Source: Lophium mytilinum (Eukaryota). From it: DNA of 64,000 bases. Below the pieces are notes generated by a model. That model ran no database searches, was not told the DNA's origin, and saw nothing but the letters and a program-made list of their open reading frames with translations. A program made the position numbers and the translations under genes. Below are positions 25,781 to 38,311 of this stretch, in pieces. Location: the NCBI GenBank assembly GCA_010093605.1, contig MU004184.1:1560801-1624800 (forward strand), read 5' to 3'. The stretch's first letter is position 1. Each line of letters opens with the position of its first letter.

Positions 25781-27284
25781 CTAAAAGAAATTTCCCTTTG
25801 GAAAGGCACAGAATATGCCCACCGAAACGGCAGAAATGACGAAGGCGCCGAGAATGGCTTGCAGGAAAATGGTGTCCTGGATCTGCCGTAAAGCTGGCTC
25901 CTGAACCCACACTTCGCGGTCGAAGACTTTACGGATGAGATTACGCTTTTCGTACTTGGCCACCCACGGCTCATCTTCCCAGCTGTTGCTGGAGTTGGCG
26001 GATGCCAAGCTCTCGAAAGAATCGGATTTCATGTCCACACCTTCGGGCTCGTCGTCCGATGCGAAAAGCTCCCAGGGTCGGAGATGGCGGTGATGCATAC
26101 CGTGGAGAACCTATGCATGTTAGTCCCATGGCTCAGATGGGGTAACAGGAGTACTTACAACACACATGCCCTTCCAGGCAGCAATAAGAGTAGAGATACC
26201 AATCATGAAGCCAATGAACGAGAGAACTCGCCAGCCGCGTCCAGCGCTGCTGAGAGTGATGAGAATTGCAGCAATAAGACCACCCACAATCCCACCGACG
26301 CCCAAGCCACGAGCGAAAATAACACGGGGACGGTTGCCGTTACAGATCGTCCAGCGGATGAAATTAGGATGCGCTTGGCACCTCAGAGACCATTCCACGG
26401 TGGTTATGACTTCACGGAATGCTGATGGGTGGGTAGTGTTCTGGAGGGCATGGAGAAGAGATGCCCTCTCGCGTGACGAAAGATTGAGTTGACGAGAACC
26501 GCCGTCCGCAATATAGATGGAGATGATCCTAGTAATCTCTTCGCGGTATGGCTGAATGGACACTATGAATAGTCAGATCGTAGCCGGATGCAAAGGCATA
26601 TGCCAATACTTACATGGCTTCCACTTCAGATTAGCATCCTGAAAAGCGCCCTCTGCCCTCTTGGCGTGGTCTGTTTTCCCGTCTGAGACGGTACTTTCGT
26701 AGTGAGACTCGTCGAATGAAGTTGCCTCCTGTCTACCCTCGGATGGAGTTCGTGGTGGCGTATAGAATGGGTTGGCCTTCTCACCCTCGGTGATCTTAGG
26801 CCCTTCAGCGAAGTCTGTGCCTTTGAGCATAGCTACAGCATCTGAGCTCATATTCTTCGATCGAGCTTGAGTCTGCGCTTCGGCTTCAGATTGCGCTTCG
26901 GTCCACTCGGGAGCCAATGCCTGCTCCTTCGCAGGTGTTTCATTGAAGCGTCTCACGTAGTCGCGATACCAAAGAAAGAATTGGAGGTTCTCAGCAGATA
27001 GTTCGATATACTTGAGGTAGTTCATGAAGTCACGGACTGTGCAGGGCTATATTATTGTCAGAGTGAGGAAGTTACGTCTGTTAATTAAAGAGCCGCGTGC
27101 TTACAGGACAGACCCCTCCAGCTATGATTCTGTCAAACGAGAGTGCGTCAGGAATGCCATGCGACATGCCAGAGCTTCCAGAAGTTACGGAGCCATCGAG
27201 CGAAGTCCGTTTCTCATTTCCAGACGACGAGTCGCGAGAAGACGCCACGAACGAAGGTCGACGGTATGTAATATTGTACACCAT
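25781..27284 (-). CDS. RGS-domain membrane protein, Rax1-like
   Basis: GIPDALSFDRII..GVCP|PCTVRDFMNYLKYIELSAENLQFFLW, QPYREEI..RQLNLS, CNGN, TM segments, C-terminal REVWVQEP; three introns. Confidence 0.85.
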
Positions 27285-30200
27285 GGCTGCGAGCTACAGG
27301 AGAAACGAGTGAGAATATTCAGGAGAATAAGCAGTCTCGTAGGGGACGTGACAACTGAGGGATGTGTAGACAACGGTAGGAGAAGTGACCAAGCCTTGGT
27401 CTTTCAGAGGATAGTGGAGAATATATGCTAGAATTGGGGCGTTCCAGGGGCGGGAAAGGTACCGGGCGGGTGGGTACTTAATGTGCTCCACGAACGCCAC
27501 GGAAAGACAGCGGCTGGGTTGCCGAAGGCCTAATGCGGGCAAAGTGATATTCTGACAGGAAACGCCCGGGGGAGTGGACGTACAGGAAGGATGATAAGGT
27601 TTTGCAGGGCCAGGCCTTAGGTGACGAGGAGCTCTTATATCAAAACCAGAAGTGAGTGCTTGTGATTCTCTTGATAGTTGATTGCAACTCTATGCGAGTA
27701 GAGGCAGATCACTACCTAACCTCTTCTGCCCTCATACTCTCTTTCATGTGGGCGTGTGGGCCCGAAAAGTTAGTTTTCAGTCTCATCGCGCTCAACCCTT
27801 GCAGCATGTGGAGTGCCAGCTCCCGTGGATTCCAGACCCTGCTGTGCTGCCAATCTCTCGGCTTCCCCCCCGGCGTCCTGACAGCTCATAGATAGAATGA
27901 TGATTGTTGCACCTCTGCATATCGTCGGGCAGCATCCCGGACATCATACCTCAGCTCGCTTTTCGGCGTCACACAACGTATGAAGTGTGATCGTCTGCTA
28001 TCCGGCCACGCATCGCATGAACAATGTGCAGTGGGACCAGCATATGCCGCGGGAGATTCAGTCCAGGTGGGTGCTAACAAGGCGGCTTGCAGGGTAGCGG
28101 GCAGGGCAAGAACGACGACAGCATGCTCGGATTCGTTGAACAGAAGAAGCCCAAATCTTGGACGGCGAGGTTGAGCTGGGAATGCGTTAGCGTCGCATCG
28201 ATCGCCAAGCATGCATCTGGGCCTAATGCCGGGAGCACCAAGTGCTCTCTGGCCACCGCGCGGAGGGTCGGTCTTGACCTTACCAATTGAGCGGACACGA
28301 TGAGCGGAGACGCTTCCTATAGCTTTCGACGGATTTGACGCCGTCCATCATTCAAAACGAGCCGTTTACGGAGCCACAGCTGAGCCGCCAACGCGGGCAA
28401 AAACTGCCGGCGATGCACCATCAGACCAGACCGTCCATGCCGTTGTCCAGCTCCGAACTGCCAGCCGCGCATCTTTCCCCGGTCAGTGGAGTACGTACCC
28501 TGCCGGCATGACGTCGATGCAGCCAGCCACAGTGAACAGGCATCGTAAAGCCAATTGGCAGACCAAGCCACCAAAGCCCAGGGCAGGGCTAGCTTCTGAC
28601 ATCTTTGCTCCCTGGGTTAGCGAATGTGCAGGTGCATGCGATGGGAGCGCCTCTGGGGTATCCATGGCATCTCCAGCCGCTCAGACGAATGAAATGCTTC
28701 AGGCGGGTTCCGGAAACATGCAGCTCGGCTCTCCAGCTGCCCTTTTCCTAAACGACGACATCGAATCGCCCACCTCGGTCACCTCCCAAAGGCTGTCCGA
28801 GGACGCGCATGCATTTTTCTCTCCACGTCCGTTCCGACGCATAAAGACGATAAGACGCATACCGCCATGGAATACAGGGGCTGCTGCAAGCGCAAAACTT
28901 AGGCTTAGAGGGGCTACCGTATGTTAATCTGTCACTCCTTACTATATCAAGACGGTGTATGCAGCACGGATTCCGAGGTAAGATAACCCCGGATACCGTA
29001 CCGTACGTGCTGTTACGGACCACCTCATGGCTCTCCACTTGCGATTGGCAGCCAGCCCCTGTCACCGCTTTCGACGATCTTGATCAGCAGTATCGAACGG
29101 TAATATTCATAAATTTTATGAACTCGCCACCCTGACGTAAGACTCGCCCCTGTCAGTGGCGTCTGGCAGAAAAAGGGCACTTGCCCATGTCTGGGGTGCA
29201 CATACGGCTGCGGTATGCGTCTATAAGGGCTGTGAGGGCGTACTGGTGCATCATAGACCAAGGCTCAGGCTCGCGTATTCCAAGCCGTTGCAGCTCTATC
29301 ATCAAAAAGACGAAAAAGCAAACAGCAACTGCCCTTGCGAAACCCTCCCGCTCTGAACTTTCTTTAATACCTTTTACGACCGCCTTTTGCTCGCCTCGTG
29401 CCGGGGACCAATGATGTCCTCGGCGTCCCGCCCCACTAACTCAGGGGCACGGCACACCCCAGGGATCAAGCTTGATATCGGAGATCTCGAATCGGCGGGT
29501 GGAAATGTCTGACTTGAAGCTAAGAACGCCAAACACGGATTGTGAAACGTTAAAAGACGCTGGGCCGCACTGCCATCAACGCCTCAAGCTGTCTGTGCTT
29601 GCCGAATGCCGATTGAGGAAGGCGATAGACTAATAGATTTTACGTGAAAAGGGGCCCTAGCTTGCTTGCTCATCTTCGAACTTGGGCTTCAGGCTTTTGG
29701 CCAAGCTACATGATACTCTGAGAGAGGCCGAATTTGACTTGCGCTCTCTTCACAACTGGTCGATACCGCGAACGTTAAAGACCCGACTCGGCTCCACATG
29801 CTGATCTCAAGACGATGCTTCCGTTGCAGGATCGGACCCACCTGTTGATCGTCCACGGCTGCTAATTCATACAGCGAAGATGAAATGCCCACGTAGAACT
29901 TACAAGAAGTTGCTGGAGGGGAAGAACCTACTTCAAATAACATCAACCCTGCACGAGTATAGCGTTCGCCCCTGGATAATGACCACATATCATGCCTCAA
30001 GTCCAAAGGCGAGCACCTAGTTCTTGAAGGTGAGTGCACCACGCGATATGACCTAACCTCATCCAGTCTAGCGCTCTTCTTCAACATCACTGCAACCTCG
30101 CCGCAATCAATGTTCCCGGGACACGGTAACCAAGGCTTCTCGTCATTGGTAGCATGAGCTCACGCTATCTTTAGGCCTAGAAATATAGCTTGCAATCGTT

Positions 30201-30793
30201 TAAGTGTCTTGACTATTGCAACTTAACTTTAGGCTTTCACTCCCGCTCCTTCTGCTCCATTCATACCTGTCAACATCCCCTCGCGTCGACCGTTTAGCAG
30301 AATCTTGTTGTAGTGCATATACGAGGTATTTCGTATCATCTATATTAAAGTAGCTGCAGGTAGCGAACTGGAATATTTTGTCGAGAATTTGCGGTTTGGC
30401 TAGTGGATTCGGGGCCCAATGAGTTCGCACCACTCCTCGGCGATATTGAACCATCTACGCGTGGATGGTCTAGGAAAGATCGCGACGCATCGACGAAAAC
30501 TTGTATCATCGTGATAAGATAGTCAAACCGTAAAGCTACGCAGCGGTTCAATGACCTCACAAGGCCATGCTTTGTCTCTCACTTTGGCTACGCCAACGAC
30601 ACCTAGGGCAGAGACGTTCTAAACTTGTTTGGAGAACTTCCTGAACGCGGTATGCTGACAGAACAGCATGGATTTCAGCCAATGAGCTGACACTCCTCTC
30701 AGTACTTCACTCATGCCACAACGCAATGGCCAGCTGACTCGATGAACTGGAAGACAGCGCAGGAGTAGCGTAGGGTGAAGCACCTTCTCTAGG

Positions 30794-30800
30794 TATATAA
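30794..30800 (+). promoter_or_regulatory. TATA box of the Cys-rich microprotein gene
   Basis: TATATAA followed by a CT/CA-rich leader, about 200 bp before ATG 30996. Confidence 0.45.
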
Positions 30801-30995
30801 GAACCTCTACCCATTCTTTTTCTTACTCTCTGCATCTACAATTCTGCAATCAAGTATAACCCTATATAAGAACTCAAGCGAAAAACTGTTACTATCAAGC
30901 CAAACAAAAGCAAGTACCTTTACAAATCATCAGCACGTAAGCCTTGAATCTCCCGCCTCACAAAACCCACATCACGATATCGAATCGTCCTTATA

Positions 30996-31214
30996 ATGGC
31001 TATCCGATCTTCCACTCATGGGCCTGGCCCACTGCGGCGTCGCCTAGAATTTGAGGATGACGATGACGATGGGGGATATGACGATGACTACTCGGGATCT
31101 GAAGAGGAGGAGCAATGGCTTTCATGCTGTCGATGTGGCCTGCACAACCTGTTTGGAGAGGCGCGCTGCGATCTTTGCCGCCATTTCCTCTGCTTTCGCT
31201 GTCGCCCCCTCTAG
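30996..31214 (+). CDS. 72-aa acidic, Cys-rich putative zinc-binding microprotein
   Basis: W..CCRC-x10-CDLCRHFLCFRC metal-ligand pattern after an acidic tract; ATAATGGC start context; upstream TATA. Confidence 0.6.
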   Translation: MAIRSSTHGPGPLRRRLEFEDDDDDGGYDDDYSGSEEEEQWLSCCRCGLHNLFGEARCDLCRHFLCFRCRPL

Positions 31215-31837
31215 CATGTCCAAGCGTTGTGCAGCTACTAAGTGGTAAAAATTCAGATATCCTTACTTGAACTGTGTTCTACCTTGAACGGTTTTTGGTC
31301 CCAAAGTTTGAAGGTTTGCATCCAGCTTGCTTGCGTTTTCGATAGCGAGCGGCTGAATATAGGGTAGTAGTGGATAGAGGAATGACACCCAAAGATGCCG
31401 CCCCCAATAGACTAATAAGACGGACAGCGAGTATGATCCCAGCCCGAATAGTACTGCTATTTGTGGGAAGAGTGAGACTGACTTCGCTTTCGGACTCCGA
31501 GAACGGTAGCTTTGAATCTTACGATGGCTAGCTCTTTGAGAAATCTTCCGTGTTGGTTTGACCATTGCTTACTGGAGCGTAAGATGGCCAACATCTTGTT
31601 TAGTCACAAGGGCACTTAGAAGTCCTCCGCTATAGATCTAATAAGCCTTTTTCGAGGTTTCAGAAGCAATGTACTAGGTATGAGAAAATCAAACGATGGT
31701 AGAATTGGTATGGCCACCCATGTTCGCAAGTCCATTGCGCTCTAAAGCAATCACTCATCGTCCGGTTCTGAGCAATACCGCGCTGTACAAAACCGCTAAA
31801 CCACCCGCCCTCTGCATTCAGCAACCACTCATTCCGT

Positions 31838-33023
31838 CTACGACTCAAGCTTCCGCAGATACACAGTCGTCCCTCCAAAGTGCGGGCTTTTCGGAAAGGC
31901 GAAGCTCGTACAGCCCTCAACCATAGCCTGCACCCGCTTCGAGCACGGATCAGTCATGTACGGCGAGACAGGCACCTTTGACCCGCCGAACTCGATGAAT
32001 GAGCGCTTCTCAAAGTCCGTGTCATCCGCATGGACGGTATCGCAGATGAGTGCAGCGGGCCACTGGACATCGGCGATGATCTGACGCACAGGCACGTCTG
32101 GGCTCAGGGACACGACGAGGGTATTCGGCGTGATTGCGAGGAAGCCTTGAGGGTCATTGACGACGACGATGTCCAGGGCTGTCAGAATGCGCTTGTCGAT
32201 GTCTGTGTAGCCTGGGTCTTGAGCCCACACCGGGACCGCTTCGCCAGAGTCGCCTTTGGGGAGCATCTCGCGGAGGGTTTGGATGCACGCGTGCTGGGTA
32301 TGGGATGCGTCATCGTTGTCGCGTTGGAGATTGCCCAGGGCGAAGCAGACGATGCGGTCGATCGGGACGGTGCCTCGGAGTGCTGCGGTAAGTTTTTCCT
32401 TTAGAGTGGCGCAAGCGTCGCTTTTGAGCCACTGCACGCTTGATTCTTGGTATGCAGTGTGCACCTCCTCGAAGCTTCCGGTGCCATGGAAGAAGCTGCA
32501 GCAGACTATGCTGATAGGAACCTTCGGAGGCCAGTCAATTTCGTCTTCGGGGTCTACAGTGGCGCCGTCGCCGCTGCTCCACCGACGACTATCGTCGGCA
32601 AGGGCCTGATAGCTTTTGTATGATATGGATGAAGTGTAGCTGAAGCTTATGTAGTTAGCAAAGCTCGAAGAATGCATATGATAAGCAACAACGCGTTTGA
32701 TATCCAAGAAGTCGTTTTGGGCCGAGCAAAGCTATTGAAGCGCTTCAAGCTGTTGTAGACAGTTGCACTCACTGGAGAGAAACAGATTTGACTTACGGTC
32801 CATATCCCTCTCTTTCCTGATCATTGGGCTTCCAGTGCGGGTCGGTTTCGTCCTCATGCGGGTTCCCGTAAATGTCGTTTATTACAAGCTTGCCTTCTTC
32901 TCCAGATCTCCATACACGATCAACATATTCTAGAAGAGCGCGGGAGAAGATTGGTGGGCCGTTCTCCAATCTTTCCAGATTTGCCTTGGCGGAGCTTGAC
33001 GATGAAACGGTGCTTTCTCCCAT
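31838..33023 (-). CDS. SRR1-like domain protein
   Basis: IDRIVCFALG, QHA, VWAQDPGYT..D..IL, DPQGFLAI...LVVS..PDVPVRQIIAD. Phase-2 intron 32796-32640. Confidence 0.8.
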
Positions 33024-34064
33024 TATGGGTATTATGAGTAGCCTTTTCTAGGTTCGAAGGGGCGAAGTCTGACGGCGTTTTATTGTGCTCCTACACCCGG
33101 GTATAGGCGTGATTTAGGAAGGTGCTTAGACTGTATTCCTTGTGCTTGTGGGTAGGTGCGGCGATGTTGAGGAGAGGAAGGGCGGTAGGTGGATCTCGAT
33201 GACTTATATGGACTCGCTGAAAAGAAGCGGCCTCTAATTCGACGCAGTCCGTTCACAACGTAAGGGGTAAAGTGGCTTCACCTGTGAAAGAAATTGAAAG
33301 TTGAAAGGAACGTATTGAATGTCTACCTATGTAGGACTGTAGAACTTCGAGTATTGAAGGATTCAGAAGGCGCCCTAGATTCACCATGCGACAGATATTG
33401 AAAGTGAAAGAGAAAGGGTAAGTGAAAATGAAAGTCAAAGAGTAGGTCCCTGTTAGCTCAGTTCAGGGCAGCCATGAAGCTAGCACACCTGGCGAAAGGA
33501 AAGTCACAGACAGTGTGGGTTGCCCATCGTATGCGCCGCGGTGCTGCAGACGGCGATACTTAAGGATGCGCTCGGAGAAGCGCGCTGGATAAGCAGCCCC
33601 CGACCATCACGGCGCCTACTTAAGGTTTCTCACTAGGGACCCTTCTCTAACGCGGCGCGGGTTCAGGACGAAAGGGCTAACGCAGGACAAGTCCAGGGAG
33701 AGCATGTCAGCAGGCCTTTTGTGTGATAGCAAGGCGCGAAGGAGTGAATGCCTCCGGGGTCTCTGACTCGCCCGCGCTTGACGACAACATTCATAACTTT
33801 AGAGGACGCACTCCGCTGGGTCGCACCGAGTTTACTAGTGGTTCGACCGAGTTCATGTACATCTCCCAGGGATTTCCAATAATGTATTGGTGCATCCTAA
33901 GAGTGGCAGACTACCTGGACATAGTTGTGGAGGCACAAGGCAAGCACGTGACAAGCCTTCTAAAGAAGCGGGACCGATGCAAACACGCCAAACTCTGGAA
34001 CACCAAGTCGTACTATCAAAATAAACCTCACCTCTACCCGGCCTCCTGTATGCGCCTGTTGGCC

Positions 34065-36078
34065 ATGGATCAATTGCAAGGCTTTGAGCTCTATGGCGCC
34101 GGCATAGTCAGCATCTCTGCAGTTCTTCTAGTATTATATTTCCTTCGCACCGATCTAGAAGCACCCGTTCCGTACCATGTCTCTCCCCCGAAGGAGTGCA
34201 GTCCGCAATGGAAGGGAGAGATCCTAGACAACCCATCATTGAAGGTACCTTGCCTGATCTATATATCACCTTGTGATACTGACCACTCTAGATTCCCAAT
34301 TCGTCTGCAATTCAATGCTACTGCCCTGCCACGGGCGCCTCCCTGGGACAGATTTTACCCTCCACACCCACCGACATCGACCGCGCCATTGCGCAAGCCA
34401 ACGAAGCTCAGATCCAGTGGTCCAAGACTACGTTCTCGCAGCGGAGGAGGGTTCTCAAGACTATGCTCAAGTGCGTTCCTCGGGGTTGCCGTTCGATGGC
34501 CCGTACAGGGAATAATGTGTGGACGTGTGATCTAGGTTCGTGCTGGAGAATCAAGACACAATAGCACATGTGGCTTGCCTGGACTCCGGAAAGACTAGGA
34601 TTGATGCCAGCTTTGGTGAAATTCTCATAACCGCGGAAAAGCTGAAATGGATGATCGATCACGGAGAGACCGCGTTGAAGCCTGAACGGCGGCCGACAAA
34701 CTTCCTGATGATGTACAAAGTCAACGAAGTCACGTGGGAACCATTGGGCGTTGTGGCAGCTTGCGTCAGCTGGAAGTAAGTACAAATACCCTCGAAACAC
34801 GGTCTGAAGCATGTCTGACTATTTTCCAGCTATCCGGTACGATCTCAATCTTTCTCCTCAACCCGACCCAGCAGATGCAAACCTTATTGAACAACTTAAC
34901 CACAGTTCCACAACCTAATCGGGCCCATAATCTCCTCCATCTTCGCTGGTAACGGTATTATCGTAAAAGGCTCCGAAGCCACCGCATGGTCCAGCACCTA
35001 CTTCGCCGAAATCGCCAAGGCCGCCCTCCACGCCTGCGGCCACTCCCCTGCTCTTGTCCAATCCATCTCCTGCTGGCCCTCCGTCGCCGACCACCTAACC
35101 TCGCACCCAGGAATTTCCCATCTCACTTTCATCGGCTCGCGCCCCGTCGCCCACGCCGTCTGCGCCTCCGCCGCGAAGAGCCTAACGCCCCTCTGCGTCG
35201 AGCTCGGCGGCAAAGATGCCGCCATCGTCCTCGACGACGTCCCAGGCTCCGACTTCCGCCGCGTCGCCAGCATCCTTTTGCGTGGCGTCTTCCAATCTGC
35301 GGGCCAGAACTGTATCGGCATCGAGCGCGTCGTCGCGCTCCCACGCGTTTACGCCAAGCTTGTCGACCACCTCACCCCCCTGATTCGCGCGCTCCGCTCC
35401 GGCTCCGCTCTCGATGCTGGCCTTGACACCCTCGTCGACGTCGGCGCTTCGATCTCCGAAGCGAGCTTTAGCCGGCTAGAGGAACTGATTCAAGATGCGG
35501 TGGCGAGTGGCGCGAGGTTGCTTGCTGGAGGGTCGCGGTATACGCACCCAGAGTATCCGCGCGGGCATTACTTCACGCCTACGTTGTTAGTGGACGTCAC
35601 GCCGGAGATGCGGATTGCGCGGACGGAGCTGTTCGCGCCTGTATGCCTGCTCATGCGTGCAAGCTCTGTCACTAATGCTATTGCGATTGCGAATGGGACC
35701 GAGTATGGGCTCGGGGCTTCGGTGTTCGGGAAGAGCACGAAGGATCTTGATCGCGTGGCTCGTGAGGTACAGGCGGGCATGGTCAGCGTCAATGACTTTG
35801 GGGTCTACTACGCTGTGCAGCTGCCGTTTGGCGGGGTGAAGGGGAGCGGGTATGGGCGGTTTGCAGGAGAGGAGGGGCTGCGGAGCGTTTGTAGTACCAA
35901 GGCGATATGTCGGGATCGGTGGCCCAGCCTAGTGAAAACAGCGATCCCGCCGCCGCTAGAACTACCTTTCAATGGGGCGGAGAAGAAGGCTTGGGAGATG
36001 GCGAGTGGGGTTGTGAAGCTAGGGTATGGTGATTTGAGGATGAAAGTCGAGGGGCTGAGGGGCATCATTGGGATATGA
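34065..36078 (+). CDS. Aldehyde dehydrogenase, Msc7-like
   Basis: N-terminal TM, EPLGVVAACVSWN|YP|FHN, FIGS, ELGGKD, GQNCIG, ELFAP, PFGGVKGSGYGRFAG; 7-nt microexon 34830-34836; alternative in-frame ATG at 34050. Confidence 0.92.
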
Positions 36079-36756
36079 GGACGTAGTCGTATTTGAACTC
36101 ATCTGACCCGCTTGACGCACTTTAGCGTAATTTCTCTTGCAACAGAGCGTGTGCCCAGTGATACTTTGCCCTTGAGTCTGTCTATAACTTTACGGTCATT
36201 TATTCGGATACAACAATACGCAAACGCCAGTTGGTTTCCTACTTTTAAGAAACTAAACTTTTAGAAGAATTTGTGTTTAGACACTCTGTTGCTTATAAAG
36301 CGTTATCATTTAGACAGATGGTCTGCGATCTGGTGTACTTTGGTATATTTTGAGGCTCTTTACGTGGGTATCACAAGATCATCGTCATCAGGGTCCAGGG
36401 TCGGTTTCCGCCGCCTTTGCCGAGCGTGAAGGCGAACAATGGGCCCCCATGCCCAACAAGCCTGGACCCCCCATTCGCACTCCTCACTCACCACCACTCA
36501 CCTCCCTCTCATACACACGTGCATTCTCTCTCCCTCTTCAGATTCCCTTCCGGTCCTTACGTTTATTCCTCCAACGTCGCTTTCGTTTTAGTCGTGCTGT
36601 ATATCTTCCTCCTGCGCCCAATCACCGCTTCCGGCGAACCCACTCCCTCTCAGCAGCCGCCTCAATTAGCAGAACACCGCACGCGGACGCTCCACACGAC
36701 GTATAAGTCACGCGTGCCTGGTCATCCACCTCGGACGCCCTGTTTATATCGCGGTC

Positions 36757-38311
36757 ATGGCGTGCTACTCTACCGCAGTCATGACTGAGTCCTACGAGGA
36801 GCCCGTTATGCGCTCCAACCGCTCTAACTATGGCACCACCACTCGGGAAACCAACATACAGCGGCGCCACTCCTCATACCATTCCGATCACTCGCACCCA
36901 TGGACAGTCGACCCAGACGATATGCAAGTAATTGTATGTGCTCATAGGCGTCAATTGGCGTTGCGCGATCGCTAATTGTCGCTTTCAGGTCGATCGCTTC
37001 CTCGCAGAACTCGGCCGCCGGCTAGACTTTCTGGAGCCCTACGGACAGCTGAATATTGACGCTGGGATCGAACGCGCATACTCGACTCTCCTCGCTGTTC
37101 GCGAATCATGTTCCAAAATATCCGATGGCGTCATTGACGCGGGGAGGCGGCGGGCAAATGTGCTGGTGGACACGCTGGAAGAGCGCTACAAGGAAGTGCT
37201 GACGAAGAAAGAGTCGCTAGAGCAGAGAGTGCAAGAGGGCGTACGGCTCATGGAATCGTTCCTAGGGGAATTCGAGACACGGGCGTACGCCATGCGGGAT
37301 GCAGGAATTGGCTCTGTTGCCAACAACTTCATCGACGAAGGCTGGAGGCGAGTCGACTCAGGACTCGGCAAGGCGAAGGGCGTCGTGGACGAGGGTCTTA
37401 CTAAAGCGCGCCACGCAAGAGACACTATTGAACATGCCGTTGAAAGAGCTCTGGACCGAGCAAGAGAACACGGCCTCATCAAGTACGAAGACCTCCCCGA
37501 TCCATGGCGGATAAACCCACATATCCTCAAAGGCTATCGCTTCCACGAAGGCAAGCTCGACTGTGTACGCTCCGCCCTCAGCTTACACAACGAACTCTTC
37601 AATATCTGGTCGCACGCAATCGGCCTGGTCATCATTCTCTCCATCGCGTTCTACTTCTATCCAACCAGCGTGAATTTCTCTCACTCCACGAACGCCGATG
37701 TCTTCATCGCCGCCGTCTTCTTCTTCGCCGCGGCCAAATGTTTAGTCTGCTCGACTATTTGGCACACCATGAACTCCATCTCTCATCAAACTCTTCTCGA
37801 GCGCTTCGCCTGCGTTGATTACACTGGCATCTCCCTCCTCGTGGCCGCCTCCATTATGACAACCGAGTACACAGCCTTTTACTGCGAGCCCGTCTCACGC
37901 TGGATTTACATGCTCACGACTGCCGCCCTGGGAATCGGCGGCGTCATTCTCCCCTGGCATCCTACCTTCAATCGGCAAGACATGGCGTGGGCCCGCGTGC
38001 TCTTCTATGTTACGCTCGCCACGACCGGCTTCATCCCTATATTTCAGCTCGCCCTTACCCGCGGGCTTGGAGTCTCTCTCGCCTTCTACGCACCTGTCAC
38101 CAAGAGTATCGTTGTCTACTTGACCGGAGCAATCTTATATGCTAGCAAGATTCCTGAGTGCTGGTTCCCGGGAATGTTTGACTACGTAGGCGGCAGCCAC
38201 AACATATGGCATTGTGCGGTATTGGGCGGCATTCTGTTTCATTACGCGGCCATGCAGGCCCTTTTCACGCAGGCTTTCGAGAGAGCAAACGTATTTTGTT
38301 CAGTCTATTAG
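36757..38311 (+). CDS. PAQR/hemolysin-III family membrane protein (Izh3-like)
   Basis: LPDPWRINPHILKGYRF, HNELFNIWSH, STIWH, DYTGI, PECWFPGMFDYVGGSHNIWH. Intron 36934-36988. Confidence 0.92.

Noticed and set aside
33284..33440. Loose (T)GAAAG repeats between the SRR1-like and ALDH genes
   Set aside because: Irregular spacing; consistent with ordinary low-complexity promoter sequence.
33444..33500. GGTCCCTGTTAGCTCAGTT resembles a tRNA 5' end/A box
   Set aside because: No T-loop GTTCRA and no complementary acceptor stem downstream.
33723..34049. Long in-frame extension upstream of the ALDH start
   Set aside because: Begins at GTG, looks like promoter sequence (contains CACGTGAC) and has no targeting or domain features.
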